Below, piece by piece: positions 18,582 through 28,659 of a DNA stretch of 64,000 nt (the stretch's first letter is position 1; every line of letters starts with the position of its first letter). Origin of the DNA: a virus; IMG/VR virus record IMGVR_UViG_3300029922_000038, positions 1 through 64,000 of that record. One strand, written 5' to 3'. The notes under the pieces are model-generated. The model was not told the origin of the DNA and ran no database searches. It saw only the letters and a program-made list of their open reading frames with translations. A program made the translations under genes and the position numbers.

Positions 18582-19678
18582 TGGAATTACCTGGTAAATT
18601 AATATTTAAAGCTATTGTAGGAAGTCAATCCTATGGTACCAATATAGCAACTTCAGATACTGATTATAAAGGAGTATATATTCAAAATGAAGATGATTTA
18701 CTATCATTTGGGTACAAGGAACAAATAGATTTTGGAAAAGATGAATATTATTATGAAGTAAGAAGATTTCTACAATTATTACAATCTGCTAATCCTACAG
18801 TCCTTGAATTATTATATTCTCCTAAAGAATGTATAATAGAAACCTCTGATATATTTAATTTAATAGTTGAAAACAGAAACAAATTTTTAACTAAAAAATG
18901 TAAATTATCTTTTGGTGGTTATGCTATTGCTCAAATTAAGAAAGCCAAAGGTTTAGATAAAAAGTTAAATTGGGATAAAGAAAGAATAGAGAGAAAAACT
19001 CCAATTGATTTTGTTTATTTATATGATAATGGAAAAACTATTTCTTTGGAATCTTGGCTAAAAATAGATAATAAAAAACAAGAATATTGTGGATTAGTAG
19101 GACTTGAACATTTTCCAAATTGCTTTGCTTTATATTATGATTATCATGCCCACTTTATCCATATAGATAAAGAAGTTAAAAGTAGAATATATAAAGAATT
19201 GTTCTTTAAGGGAATACAATTAGATGATAGCAATTCTATAAGAACATCTTCTGTACCAAAAGGTATGAACCCTCAAGCAATAGTATGTTTTAATAAAGAT
19301 GCTTATTCTATTCATTGTAAAGATTATAATGAATATATTAAATGGTTAGAAAATAGAAATACTCAAAGATATGTAGATACTTCTAAACATGGCCAACAAA
19401 TAGATGGTAAAAATCTACTTCATTGTAGGAGATTACTTGACATGGCTATTGAAATAGCTACTTTAAAAACTTTGAATGTTAAAAGACCAAATAGTGATTA
19501 TCTTTTAAAAATCAGAAAAGGAGAATTAAAATTAGAAGATATTATTAGTAAAGCTGAAGAGGATATTATAAATTTAGATACTATTTATTTTAATTCTGGA
19601 TTGCCAGAAGAAGTAAATAAAGAATTTATTAATAATTTATTAATAGAAATTAGACATAAATATAAAGATGTCAAATAA
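18581..19678 (+). CDS. nucleotidyltransferase (Pol beta superfamily, YcgL/RlaP-like)
   Basis: GSQSYG, SDTDYKG, NPTVLE, KNLLHCRRLL, LLKIRKG. Confidence 0.9.
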   Translation: MELPGKLIFKAIVGSQSYGTNIATSDTDYKGVYIQNEDDLLSFGYKEQIDFGKDEYYYEVRRFLQLLQSANPTVLELLYSPKECIIETSDIFNLIVENRNKFLTKKCKLSFGGYAIAQIKKAKGLDKKLNWDKERIERKTPIDFVYLYDNGKTISLESWLKIDNKKQEYCGLVGLEHFPNCFALYYDYHAHFIHIDKEVKSRIYKELFFKGIQLDDSNSIRTSSVPKGMNPQAIVCFNKDAYSIHCKDYNEYIKWLENRNTQRYVDTSKHGQQIDGKNLLHCRRLLDMAIEIATLKTLNVKRPNSDYLLKIRKGELKLEDIISKAEEDIINLDTIYFNSGLPEEVNKEFINNLLIEIRHKYKDVK

Positions 19679-19934
19679 AATTACTAAAACTAACTTCTAT
19701 GTCTACTATCTTTTAACAACTTTTGGCAATAAGATTAGAATTAGAAGTTGTTATACTAAAGGATTTACTATGAAAAGAGTATTAGAAGATTATATTTCTA
19801 TAAATGAATATGCAGAACTCAATAATACATCTGAATTATATGTACATATAGCTTTAGAGAATGGTAAATTTGATGCTTTAAGATTTAAAAATAAATGGTA
19901 TATTAAAAAAATAATTATATGGAAGACCAATTAA
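19668..19934 (+). CDS. putative HTH DNA-binding protein
   Basis: YISINEYAE...GKFDA...KWYI excisionase-like pattern; start uncertain. Confidence 0.6.
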   Translation: MSNKITKTNFYVYYLLTTFGNKIRIRSCYTKGFTMKRVLEDYISINEYAELNNTSELYVHIALENGKFDALRFKNKWYIKKIIIWKTN

Positions 19935-20314
19935 TTTTATTCCCTTTAGCCACTCTTGCAAAAGAGATAGGGTTTGAGGAACCTTGTGACCATTATTTTA
20001 CTGCAAGTAAAACTTTATGGAGTTGCTATGAAATGAAAAACTCAAATTCCCCGAATATTATTTCTGCCCCTACCCAATCCTTACTGGCAAGATGGTTTAG
20101 AGAGAAACATGGGGTGGTGGTATTACCTCTTATTGACGAAAGGCAATCAATCAACTTAATATGGAAGTATGTTATATATGACAATTCACCAGATATTATG
20201 AAGTTTGTTATACTTAGAAGCATTGATACATTTGAAACCTTTGAACTTGCGTATGAAGCAGGACTTTATGCTGCGGGGGAATATATTAAAGAACAACAAT
20301 TAAAAATAAAATAA
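19919..20314 (+). CDS. conserved phage protein
   Basis: LAKEIGF, SAPTQSLLARWFREKH, FETFELAYEAGL. Confidence 0.8.
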   Translation: MEDQLILFPLATLAKEIGFEEPCDHYFTASKTLWSCYEMKNSNSPNIISAPTQSLLARWFREKHGVVVLPLIDERQSINLIWKYVIYDNSPDIMKFVILRSIDTFETFELAYEAGLYAAGEYIKEQQLKIK

Positions 20315-20514
20315 TGATAAGTAACGAAGGTAAAAACGCCTATAACCCACTTGGTTTAAAGGTTGGTGATAAAGTTGTATCTTATAAAGGTACACCAAAA
20401 GAACGCAAAGTTTTCATCAATAGGTTTTCTAAAAATCGAATATTCGCAATAGTTAGTAATTCGCTTACTGATAGTGAGGAATATTCTGTACCAATGGATA
20501 AGCTATCACAATAA
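20314..20514 (+). CDS. hypothetical protein
   Basis: LKVGDKV SH3-like start. Confidence 0.7.
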   Translation: MISNEGKNAYNPLGLKVGDKVVSYKGTPKERKVFINRFSKNRIFAIVSNSLTDSEEYSVPMDKLSQ

Positions 20515-20519
20515 ACACA

Positions 20520-20849
20520 ATGAGTAGTAAATTAAATTCAGACGAAGAACAGGAAAGATTGACTAATCTATGGATACCTAAAGAATCCATAATGGATAAC
20601 AGAATATTGTCAGCAAAAGAATGGAGAGATTTAAACTATACTAATTATGATTGGGTATATTCAGAGCCTCTTGAATTAATGCAAGAATATGGCAAATATT
20701 GTTTTGTAGAAGGCGTTAAAGACGCTCTGAAACTGGCAGCTGAGAAAGCTAAAACTACTTATTTCTCTAAATTTTCAAGAGGCACAGCAGTAGTTGACAA
20801 ATCTTCCATCCTAAATTTAAAAGATTCACCTGAACTTAAAATTGACTGA
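20520..20849 (+). CDS. hypothetical protein
   Basis: ALKLAAEKA...VDKSSIL. Confidence 0.75.
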   Translation: MSSKLNSDEEQERLTNLWIPKESIMDNRILSAKEWRDLNYTNYDWVYSEPLELMQEYGKYCFVEGVKDALKLAAEKAKTTYFSKFSRGTAVVDKSSILNLKDSPELKID

Positions 20850-20850
20850 A

Positions 20851-21075
20851 ATGGAAGATAAAATTAATGATCTTATTGCTTTATTAGGAATTTTTCATGC
20901 AAAAACAAATTTATTTTTGTTATCTGAAAAAGAAATCCTACCTTTGTTACAGGAATTAGTACATTATGAAGTTACTTTAATTATGGTTCAAGAAGTATTA
21001 GAAAGAATTGAACTATTTGATTATGAAGAACTTCAACCAGTAGAAATAGAAGAGAGCTTCTACGAAGGTTACTAA
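20851..21075 (+). CDS. hypothetical acidic protein
   Basis: Track ORF 20842..21075; ATG 20851. Confidence 0.7.
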   Translation: MEDKINDLIALLGIFHAKTNLFLLSEKEILPLLQELVHYEVTLIMVQEVLERIELFDYEELQPVEIEESFYEGY

Positions 21076-21116
21076 GAACAACTATTTTGGATAGTTGGTT
21101 CACTAAAAACTAATGA

Positions 21117-21689
21117 ATGTTTTATAACGTAGAAAAGTTTGCAATGCTCTTAGTAAAGCATAAACTGACTCCAAATCAGTTTTTCTTTGCCTATCTTTTA
21201 CATGAAGGCAGGTATGATTTACTAAAGAAGTATTGTAACACAGAAACTGGAGTTGGTCTCTTTAAAGCTGAAGATATAAAAGTTTTAGAAGAAAGAGGAT
21301 ATATAGTAAATATCAATCAGATAGAGAATGGGTATCAACCTGCTTATATTGATTGTTTTATTTGTACCTCTACTTTTAAAGAACTTGCATTTTTAGAATA
21401 TGAAGAACCACTCCAGGAATTAATGGCAGTATACCCACATATATTGTCTATAGATGGTAGAAATTTTCCAGCTAAAAGTATTGACCCTGCTATACTTGGC
21501 CCTATTTATTTAAAGAATATCAAAGCAGATGTTTATAAGCATAATGAAGTTATAGAGTTAACTAAATATGCAGTAAAAAATAATCTTATTATGACAGGAA
21601 TAGATAAATATGTAAAATCAAGTATGTGGGAAGGTATTAAAGAAGCAAAAGAAAAGAATGTAGAATTTAATGGAATAATAGATATTTAA
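21117..21689 (+). CDS. putative replication initiator / helicase-loader-like protein
   Basis: wHTH-like N-terminus, YP motif, position upstream of helicase (function inferred). Confidence 0.6.
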   Translation: MFYNVEKFAMLLVKHKLTPNQFFFAYLLHEGRYDLLKKYCNTETGVGLFKAEDIKVLEERGYIVNINQIENGYQPAYIDCFICTSTFKELAFLEYEEPLQELMAVYPHILSIDGRNFPAKSIDPAILGPIYLKNIKADVYKHNEVIELTKYAVKNNLIMTGIDKYVKSSMWEGIKEAKEKNVEFNGIIDI

Positions 21690-21690
21690 A

Positions 21691-21933
21691 ATGAGTAAAA
21701 ATGTAAGAATAACAATTAATGATGAAAATGAAGAATATTTCACTAAATCTTTAACAGAAGAAGGATATGAGTGGACTAATTCTCAACTAATTAATCATTT
21801 TTTAACAGCTTTAAGAAAAATAGAAGAATCATCTAAAATGCAAATAGGAGCATTTGCTATTGCTTTAGCTAATCCAGATTATAAAGATGCTTTAAAATAT
21901 TTCTTAAATTCATCATATGAAAAAGCAGGATAA
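21691..21933 (+). CDS. hypothetical protein (possible ribbon-helix-helix)
   Basis: NVRITI strand then two helices. Confidence 0.65.
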   Translation: MSKNVRITINDENEEYFTKSLTEEGYEWTNSQLINHFLTALRKIEESSKMQIGAFAIALANPDYKDALKYFLNSSYEKAG

Positions 21934-21936
21934 TAA

Positions 21937-22995
21937 ATGTCATATCAAGAATTAAGAAAGAAAATAGATGAAGGAATAGAAGGTAAGAATACTGGAATAC
22001 CTTTATGTCTTCCTAAAACTTCTAAATTTATAACAGGTATTCAAAAACAGATATATTTATTATTAGGTGCAACTACGGGAGTTGGGAAAACCGCCCTCAT
22101 AGATTATTTATATGTATTAAAGCCTTATGAATGGTGGTATGAAAATAAAGATAAAACTGATATTAAACTTCATTGGATTTATAATTCAATGGAGAGAAAT
22201 AAAGTTTATAAGTTAGCTAAATGGACTTGTGTAAGGCTCTATGAGAAGTATGGAATACTTATGGATGTCTCTGAACTTTTAGGCTGGGAGAAGACAGATA
22301 GAGTAGTAGAAATCAAAGATGCTCTTGATGAGTGTGAAGTCTATTTTACAGAGATGTTAAAACATATAGATATTTATGAAAATGCTGAAAATCCTACAGG
22401 TATTTGGAATAAACTTATTGCTTATGCTCTTAATAATGGACATGTAGAACAAGTATCAGAATTTAAAAAAGAATATAGAGAGAATGACCCTAATCTTATT
22501 ACTTTTATAGTTAATGACCACATTGGTAAACTTAAAAGAGAAAGAGGTTTTACAGTTAAAGAAACTATAGATAAGCATTCTGAATATATGGGATTAGCAA
22601 GGGATTTTTATAAATTTAATCCAATAGACATATCTCAATTTAATAGAGGGATTGCCGATAGTGAAAGATTTAAACAAGGAGATTTATCTCCAAGATTGGA
22701 AGATTTTAAAGAATCTGGGGCTCCGAGTGAGAATTCGGACATTATTTTAGCTTTATTTGATCCTGTTAGATATAAAGTTTTTGATTATAAAGGATATGAT
22801 ATTAGAAAATTTATGGATCAAAAAACAGCTTCAAGTAGGTACAGAGCCCTTTTTGTGCTAAAAAACACTTATGGGGAAGCTGATGTGAGTGTTTCTCTTA
22901 ATTTCATTGGAGAATGTGGAATATTCAAAGAAATTAAAAAAGCAGAAGAACTTAATAAAAATCCTGAAATGTACAAGGAATACACAATGGTATGA
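21937..22995 (+). CDS. DnaB-like replicative helicase
   Basis: GATTGVGKT, SME, DHIG, SQFNR, DFKESG, LKN. Confidence 0.9.
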   Translation: MSYQELRKKIDEGIEGKNTGIPLCLPKTSKFITGIQKQIYLLLGATTGVGKTALIDYLYVLKPYEWWYENKDKTDIKLHWIYNSMERNKVYKLAKWTCVRLYEKYGILMDVSELLGWEKTDRVVEIKDALDECEVYFTEMLKHIDIYENAENPTGIWNKLIAYALNNGHVEQVSEFKKEYRENDPNLITFIVNDHIGKLKRERGFTVKETIDKHSEYMGLARDFYKFNPIDISQFNRGIADSERFKQGDLSPRLEDFKESGAPSENSDIILALFDPVRYKVFDYKGYDIRKFMDQKTASSRYRALFVLKNTYGEADVSVSLNFIGECGIFKEIKKAEELNKNPEMYKEYTMV

Positions 22996-23243
22996 AACAG
23001 TTGACAAAAGAATTATTTGATAATATAGAAAAGATAATTGATAATTCTTCTCTATGTGTAAATACAGAATTACCATATGAAGGAATGATGATTAATGAAG
23101 ATGAAACAATATTTGAAAAAGAGAAATTATTTAACAAATTAAAAGAAGCAATTAATCAACATCAATTTAAACAAAAACAATTTTTTGAAGAAAAATCAAA
23201 TAAAATAAAAGACATATTGGCAAAATCACACAACGAATTATAA
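22992..23243 (+). CDS. hypothetical protein
   Basis: ATGA overlap. Confidence 0.65.
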   Translation: MKQLTKELFDNIEKIIDNSSLCVNTELPYEGMMINEDETIFEKEKLFNKLKEAINQHQFKQKQFFEEKSNKIKDILAKSHNEL

Positions 23244-23381
23244 TTATGGCAAAACATAGAGATAATAAACCAAGAATACATAGATATAAGGTAAGTGCAT
23301 ATAAGAAACTTATTAACAATAGAAGGTTAGAATGGTGCATAGATCAATTAAAAGAATATATAGAACGTAATAAAAATAAAA

Positions 23382-24032
23382 ATGAGTGAAATAAAAAGAG
23401 ACTATTATAAAGTCTTAGAGTTAGGGCAATCTGGTAAAGGAAAAACCTATTCTTTTGTTAATATGAATAGAGATACAACAGGCTTTTTGAATATTGAAAA
23501 TAAGCCTCTTCCTTTTAAGGGGACTTTTAAATATCATGATAGACCATTAAAATTCCAAGATGCTTTTGCCACTTTAATAGAATATGGTAAAAATCCTGAA
23601 ATAGATGCTATAGTAGTAGATTCTCAATCTGCATATTTTGATATGGTATTAAAAGAAGCAAGATTAACAAAAAAGAATTTTGATATTTGGAATATGTATA
23701 ATGATGAAATTGCAAAATTTCAAGATATGATTAAAAGAATACCAAAAGAAATATTTGTAACTGGACACTACGAACTTTTAAATATAGAAAGTTCTTGGGA
23801 AAAAAGAGCTAAAGTCCAAGGAAAAGCACTTGAAGGAATGGTGGAAAAAGATTATACTATGGTTGTATATGCAGATAATAAACTTGTAGATAAGAAATTT
23901 CAATACTTCTTTAATCTTGCAATGGAGGGAGGTTCTGCTAAATGCCCGCCAGATATATTTGGAGAAGGAATATATCAAATACCAAATGATTCTAAATATA
24001 TCTTAGAAAAGATAATTGAATTTACAAAGTAA
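23382..24032 (+). CDS. AAA-family ATPase (AAA_24/Sak4-like)
   Basis: GQSGKGKT, IENKPLPF, IVVDS, SAKCP. Confidence 0.88.
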   Translation: MSEIKRDYYKVLELGQSGKGKTYSFVNMNRDTTGFLNIENKPLPFKGTFKYHDRPLKFQDAFATLIEYGKNPEIDAIVVDSQSAYFDMVLKEARLTKKNFDIWNMYNDEIAKFQDMIKRIPKEIFVTGHYELLNIESSWEKRAKVQGKALEGMVEKDYTMVVYADNKLVDKKFQYFFNLAMEGGSAKCPPDIFGEGIYQIPNDSKYILEKIIEFTK

Positions 24033-24046
24033 TTAATTAATTAAAA

Positions 24047-24631
24047 ATGAATAGTGGAGCAAAGCCATTTAGTATGGCAAATTATACTATTGCTAAGAAA
24101 ACAAATAGCAAAGTAAGTACAACAAGTACTAAAAAACTAAAACCTTATCAACTAAGGGCAAATATTGAGAAATCAATGTTTCAATTTTCTGATAGTTCAT
24201 ATGAAACTCTAAATTTAGAGCACAATGGGCTCACAATAGCATATGATAGTGAGACTGTATGTTTATGTATAGCATCAGAAAAAGATTCTAAATTCTACAA
24301 ACATAAAGGTACTTCTAATAAAGGCAGGTATTTTAAGAGCACTGCTTTAACAGACCTACTTAAAGAAAGAGGGCTTATAGTTGCAGATAAAAAAATCAAC
24401 TATTTCTCTTTAAGTAATGAAGGAATTGATGGTAATTTTGTTATCTATGAAATGTCAAATGTAGATATAGAAAAAGATAGTAATAAAACTATTGGGTATG
24501 TAGCTGCTGCTGAAGTAGAGAATACAGAATTAACAGAAGCAGAACTTGAAGCAAGACAAGATATGGAAGAAGCCTATGCTATGGAAGAAAGGGAAGATGA
24601 AGAAGATGAGTTTGAAGAAGAAATTGCATAA
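24047..24631 (+). CDS. hypothetical protein with acidic tail
   Basis: 194 aa; E/D-rich C-terminus. Confidence 0.8.
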   Translation: MNSGAKPFSMANYTIAKKTNSKVSTTSTKKLKPYQLRANIEKSMFQFSDSSYETLNLEHNGLTIAYDSETVCLCIASEKDSKFYKHKGTSNKGRYFKSTALTDLLKERGLIVADKKINYFSLSNEGIDGNFVIYEMSNVDIEKDSNKTIGYVAAAEVENTELTEAELEARQDMEEAYAMEEREDEEDEFEEEIA

Positions 24632-24651
24632 TTTTAATAAATAATATATAA

Positions 24652-25311
24652 ATGTTTCAAGTAAATAAAGATACTGCTGGTGCAACTGGCGGAAATTTTC
24701 TACACGGTGGTATTAATGATAATATTGAATTTATTGGCTTTAGTAGGGCTAATACAAAAGAGGATGGTAGTGGAGTAGAATATACTGGTCTTACATTTAA
24801 TAATGGGGATCAAACTTATACTGCAAAATTATGGGATATTGATGAAGATAAAGTAAAAGCTAATCTTGTTAATTATCCAAGGGTTCATACAAGAGAAATT
24901 AAAAATCCTGATGGTACAGTTAAGTATGCTAAAGGAATAGATGTAACCCCTGATGCAGCAGTTGACCTTGCCAATAGGGAATATTCTTCTACTTTAGTAG
25001 CTATTCTTGATAAATTTATGCCAGCAGAGGATATAATTATTAATCCTACAAGCTATGAAGATCTTGTAAATCAAGCTAATACCCTTCTTGGTAAGAAAGC
25101 AATAGGGGTTAAACTTAGATTGAAGCTTGTATATAAGAATAATTACTTAACTTTGCCAAGGTTTGGATTTATAGAACTTATGAGTGTTAATCCACCTAAA
25201 GTAGTAGTAAATCCTCAATATGATGTAATTACTAAAAGTGTAGCAGAACCTACTACTGGTCATCCAGCAGATGCTGTCCCAGTTGCTCAAAATTCAGATC
25301 TTCCTTTTTAA
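24652..25311 (+). CDS. putative single-stranded DNA-binding protein
   Basis: C-terminal DLPF tail; between ATPase and primase. Confidence 0.7.
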   Translation: MFQVNKDTAGATGGNFLHGGINDNIEFIGFSRANTKEDGSGVEYTGLTFNNGDQTYTAKLWDIDEDKVKANLVNYPRVHTREIKNPDGTVKYAKGIDVTPDAAVDLANREYSSTLVAILDKFMPAEDIIINPTSYEDLVNQANTLLGKKAIGVKLRLKLVYKNNYLTLPRFGFIELMSVNPPKVVVNPQYDVITKSVAEPTTGHPADAVPVAQNSDLPF

Positions 25312-25321
25312 ATAATAAACC

Positions 25322-26317
25322 ATGATAAATGTCTTTCCTAAGATAACAAAGTCTTTTATTCTTAATAGAATTACAGAAATAGAAATAATGGAGAGATATT
25401 TAGGTTTAAAAGTAGATACTAATAAACTATATAAATCTCCACTTAGAGTTGATAAACACCCCACATGTAAATATACATATTGGAATGGTAGACTTTATTT
25501 TAAAGATTTTAATGGTAGTTTTAATGGTGATTGTTTTAATGTTGTACAAAAAATACATAGTACTAATTTCTTAGATTCTTTATATATTATAGCAAACGAC
25601 TTTAATATATTAAAGAAACCTAAGAAAGAATTAGTAGAATATATATTTGATAAACCACCTGTTCAGGAAAAACTATCAATAGGTATTAAATCACAACCAT
25701 TTACAGATATAGATAAACAATACTGGGATTCTTATTTTATATCAGAACAATCATTAGAGAAATATTTTGTATATAGTTGTAAACAAGTATTCATTGGAGA
25801 GAATATTATTTATAATTATAGCAAGAAAGACCCAGCTTATGCTTATTACTTTGGTAATGGCAACTATAAAATTTATTTTCCATTTAGAAAGAAAGAAGAA
25901 AAAAGATTTATTAATAACTGTAATAATACTATTATTCAAGGGTATTGGCAATTGCCAAAGGAGAATAACTTATTAATTATTACTAAGTCTTATAAAGATG
26001 TTATATGTTTAAGTGAATTTAATATTCATTCAATTGCTCCTCAAAGTGAAACATGTGGGCTAACACATGGATTAATACGAGAGTTATCTCAAAGATTTAA
26101 AACTATTATAAGTTTATATGACTTTGATTTAACAGGAATAAGAGGGGCAAATAAATTATATAAAGAAGAAAATATAAAACCTATCTTTTTTACCAATGGG
26201 AGATTTAATTCTATAGATTATCAGGCAAAAGACTTTTCAGATTATTTGCATGATAATGGATTTTTAAAAACAAAAGAGTTAGTAGATGGTCTACTAACAC
26301 AAAAACTAATTAATTAA
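25322..26317 (+). CDS. DNA primase (crAss DnaG-like, TOPRIM)
   Basis: SPLRxDxxP, FKDF, GDCF, ITKSYKDV, YDFDxxG, KDFSD. Confidence 0.9.
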   Translation: MINVFPKITKSFILNRITEIEIMERYLGLKVDTNKLYKSPLRVDKHPTCKYTYWNGRLYFKDFNGSFNGDCFNVVQKIHSTNFLDSLYIIANDFNILKKPKKELVEYIFDKPPVQEKLSIGIKSQPFTDIDKQYWDSYFISEQSLEKYFVYSCKQVFIGENIIYNYSKKDPAYAYYFGNGNYKIYFPFRKKEEKRFINNCNNTIIQGYWQLPKENNLLIITKSYKDVICLSEFNIHSIAPQSETCGLTHGLIRELSQRFKTIISLYDFDLTGIRGANKLYKEENIKPIFFTNGRFNSIDYQAKDFSDYLHDNGFLKTKELVDGLLTQKLIN

Positions 26318-26323
26318 TTTTTT

Positions 26324-26884
26324 ATGAGTTCTCGTAAAATTACTGTGTACTCTACACAGACTAATAAAAAGAGTGAAGTAAATACAGATGTAGCAACATG
26401 GGCAGAACTGCAAGCAGTAATGACAGATGCTGGTATTACCCATGAAGGTCTAACTGCAACAGAAAACAGGACAAAAACTAATTTGTCTTTAGGAGCAGCA
26501 GTTCTGCCAGAAGGAGAATTTGTTCTATTTCTTTCGCCAAGTACTAAAATTAAGAGTGGTACTTCTTGGAGAGATATGTCTTATAATGACATCAGGAAAC
26601 ACGCTACTTCAATTGGTGTATCTGGTTTAGGTACAACCGCAGAAATTGGTCAAAGGATTGAAAACTGGGAGAAAACTAACAAGAATACATCATCTTCAAA
26701 TGATATTCTTAATACTAAATTTCCTACAGTAGCTGCTAAACTTGATGCTTTTATTAAGCATACAGATAAACAATTTGCAGAAGTATCAGAAGCTGTTAAT
26801 AATAGTGATTATTTTGATAATACTCCTTTTGGAGAAGATGACAATTCTAATCTTGCAAATGAAGCTGCAAGTCTTGGATTGTAA
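26324..26884 (+). CDS. ubiquitin-like protein precursor (Ubl-Gly79 plus SAP/HeH-like extension)
   Basis: Beta-grasp-like pattern ending LPEGEFVLFLSPSTKIKSG; adjacent to E2/JAB/E1 genes. Confidence 0.72.
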   Translation: MSSRKITVYSTQTNKKSEVNTDVATWAELQAVMTDAGITHEGLTATENRTKTNLSLGAAVLPEGEFVLFLSPSTKIKSGTSWRDMSYNDIRKHATSIGVSGLGTTAEIGQRIENWEKTNKNTSSSNDILNTKFPTVAAKLDAFIKHTDKQFAEVSEAVNNSDYFDNTPFGEDDNSNLANEAASLGL

Positions 26885-26905
26885 TAAGTTTCATATTTTT
26901 AATAG

Positions 26906-26940
26906 TAAAATAGGGGTAGAAATGCCCCTATTTTATTTTA
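26906..26940 (+). terminator. intrinsic terminator after Ubl gene
   Basis: TAAAATAGGGGTA-GAAA-TGCCCCTATTTTA plus T-rich tail. Confidence 0.85.
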
Positions 26941-26951
26941 ATATTTAATAT

Positions 26952-28496
26952 ATGTATGAATATAAAGCAGGAGATATAGTAAAAATAATAAATGGGAAAG
27001 GAAGTGATTTAGGTAGTATGCTAAATGGTAAAGAGGTTATATTAGATACTCAACCAGATGATGGCTATAGATTAGGTACAGATAGTAAATATAATCAAAA
27101 ATTAGTATTTTCTTATTTTGATAGGGATGGAGATTTAGTAGATTCATTATATTTTAGAGATGAAGATATAGAACTTGTAGGTTGGACATATATACCAGAT
27201 TATGAATTAATAAAAGATAAAAGGTTTAAATTAATAGAAACTGATTTAAATGAACAATTTGTTAATCCTAATTATATAAATAGTGAAGAAGTTTATAAGC
27301 ATGGACTTATAGAGTTAGATTCAAGAGGATATTTTTGTAGTTTTGGAGGATCTATGATTGATTTACAAATTAGAGTATCTTCAAATTCAGATAGCCCGAA
27401 TTATAATATTTTTAATGAACTTCAATATAAAGTAGAAATAAGATTAGATAATACTATTAAGATATTTTATAAAGAGCCTCAAGTAATATTTGATATTTCT
27501 ATTATAGAAGAATATAAAACTATATTTAATGATTATTTTAAAGAAGATTGTGAAATTAGAAAAATAAATAATATAGAATATGAATTTGTAATTCATTTTC
27601 CTGATATAATTATAAAAAATGAGTTAGATAAAACTCATCCAATTAAAGACTTATATGTATTTTTTAATCTTAAGGTATTACAAAATAATAGATTTGTCTT
27701 TATGAGAGAAAATCAATCAGATTATTATTTAAGTGGTTGTAGAGGAACAGTAACAGATAGAGAATATGCTGTAAAATATCAACATTCTCATTTATCTTCT
27801 GGTTATCATAATTCTAAATTTTGTTTAGGGACTGGCCCCATTTTAACTAATATTGCTGCATTTAATATGCGGAATGATAGTTTATTATTTGAAAAAATAA
27901 TGTTGGATATTATAGATTATATAAGTGTTGAAAGTATAGAAGGTACTCCATATATTGAATTTAAATGTGTTTATACCCCAAGAAATCAACAAAGAATTAA
28001 TATAAGTGATTTACAATTACGACAAGAATATCTAAATTTCTTATCTTATTATGATAATTTACCTGTATCTATTAGTAATTTAGAAATAAAAGTAGATGAA
28101 AATAATCCTGAATTTATTAAACAGGTATCTGCTATTACTAATTTTATAAATGGTCAGGAATCAGAAATACAAATTAGTAATAGCGATAAGAATAAATTAA
28201 TGTTAATATTTAAAAATGAAGAAGTTAGACTTAAAATTATTAAAGAAGAAAAAACAGATGAGCAAAATAAAGAGCAGCTACAAAGAGTTGCAAATACAAG
28301 AGTCCTCCAATATATCGCAAAAAAACTTAGTGAAGACTTATCAGACAAAGCCATTAGTGGAATTACCAGGAAGAGCGAAGCTGGTTATTTCACAGGAACT
28401 TTGGTTGAAGATACATCAACTTCACTTGAATGTAGGGAAAATAGAGTGGTCAGGAGTATTGTTTCTAAAAGTGGAAGGAAACTTACTAAATTATAA
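26952..28496 (+). CDS. prokaryotic E2/UBC-like protein
   Basis: YQHSHL-x8-FCLG (Cys291) resembles the HPN...CL E2 active site; gene context. Confidence 0.68.
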   Translation: MYEYKAGDIVKIINGKGSDLGSMLNGKEVILDTQPDDGYRLGTDSKYNQKLVFSYFDRDGDLVDSLYFRDEDIELVGWTYIPDYELIKDKRFKLIETDLNEQFVNPNYINSEEVYKHGLIELDSRGYFCSFGGSMIDLQIRVSSNSDSPNYNIFNELQYKVEIRLDNTIKIFYKEPQVIFDISIIEEYKTIFNDYFKEDCEIRKINNIEYEFVIHFPDIIIKNELDKTHPIKDLYVFFNLKVLQNNRFVFMRENQSDYYLSGCRGTVTDREYAVKYQHSHLSSGYHNSKFCLGTGPILTNIAAFNMRNDSLLFEKIMLDIIDYISVESIEGTPYIEFKCVYTPRNQQRINISDLQLRQEYLNFLSYYDNLPVSISNLEIKVDENNPEFIKQVSAITNFINGQESEIQISNSDKNKLMLIFKNEEVRLKIIKEEKTDEQNKEQLQRVANTRVLQYIAKKLSEDLSDKAISGITRKSEAGYFTGTLVEDTSTSLECRENRVVRSIVSKSGRKLTKL

Positions 28497-28659
28497 AGAT
28501 ATGGAGTTTACTGCTGTAGATATGTATCTTATGGATATAGGAGATGCGACAAGTACAGAGTTTGATTTCCAAGATACAGCTTGGCTAAATGCTTTTGATG
28601 AAAACCCAGATTTAATGGGATTAAAAATGGGATTATGTCACAGTCATCATTCAATGGCT
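28258..28659 (+). CDS. JAB/MPN metalloprotease, exon 1
   Basis: EWSGVLF catalytic Glu; GLCHSHHSMA; start ATG 28258 (28216 possible). Confidence 0.88.
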
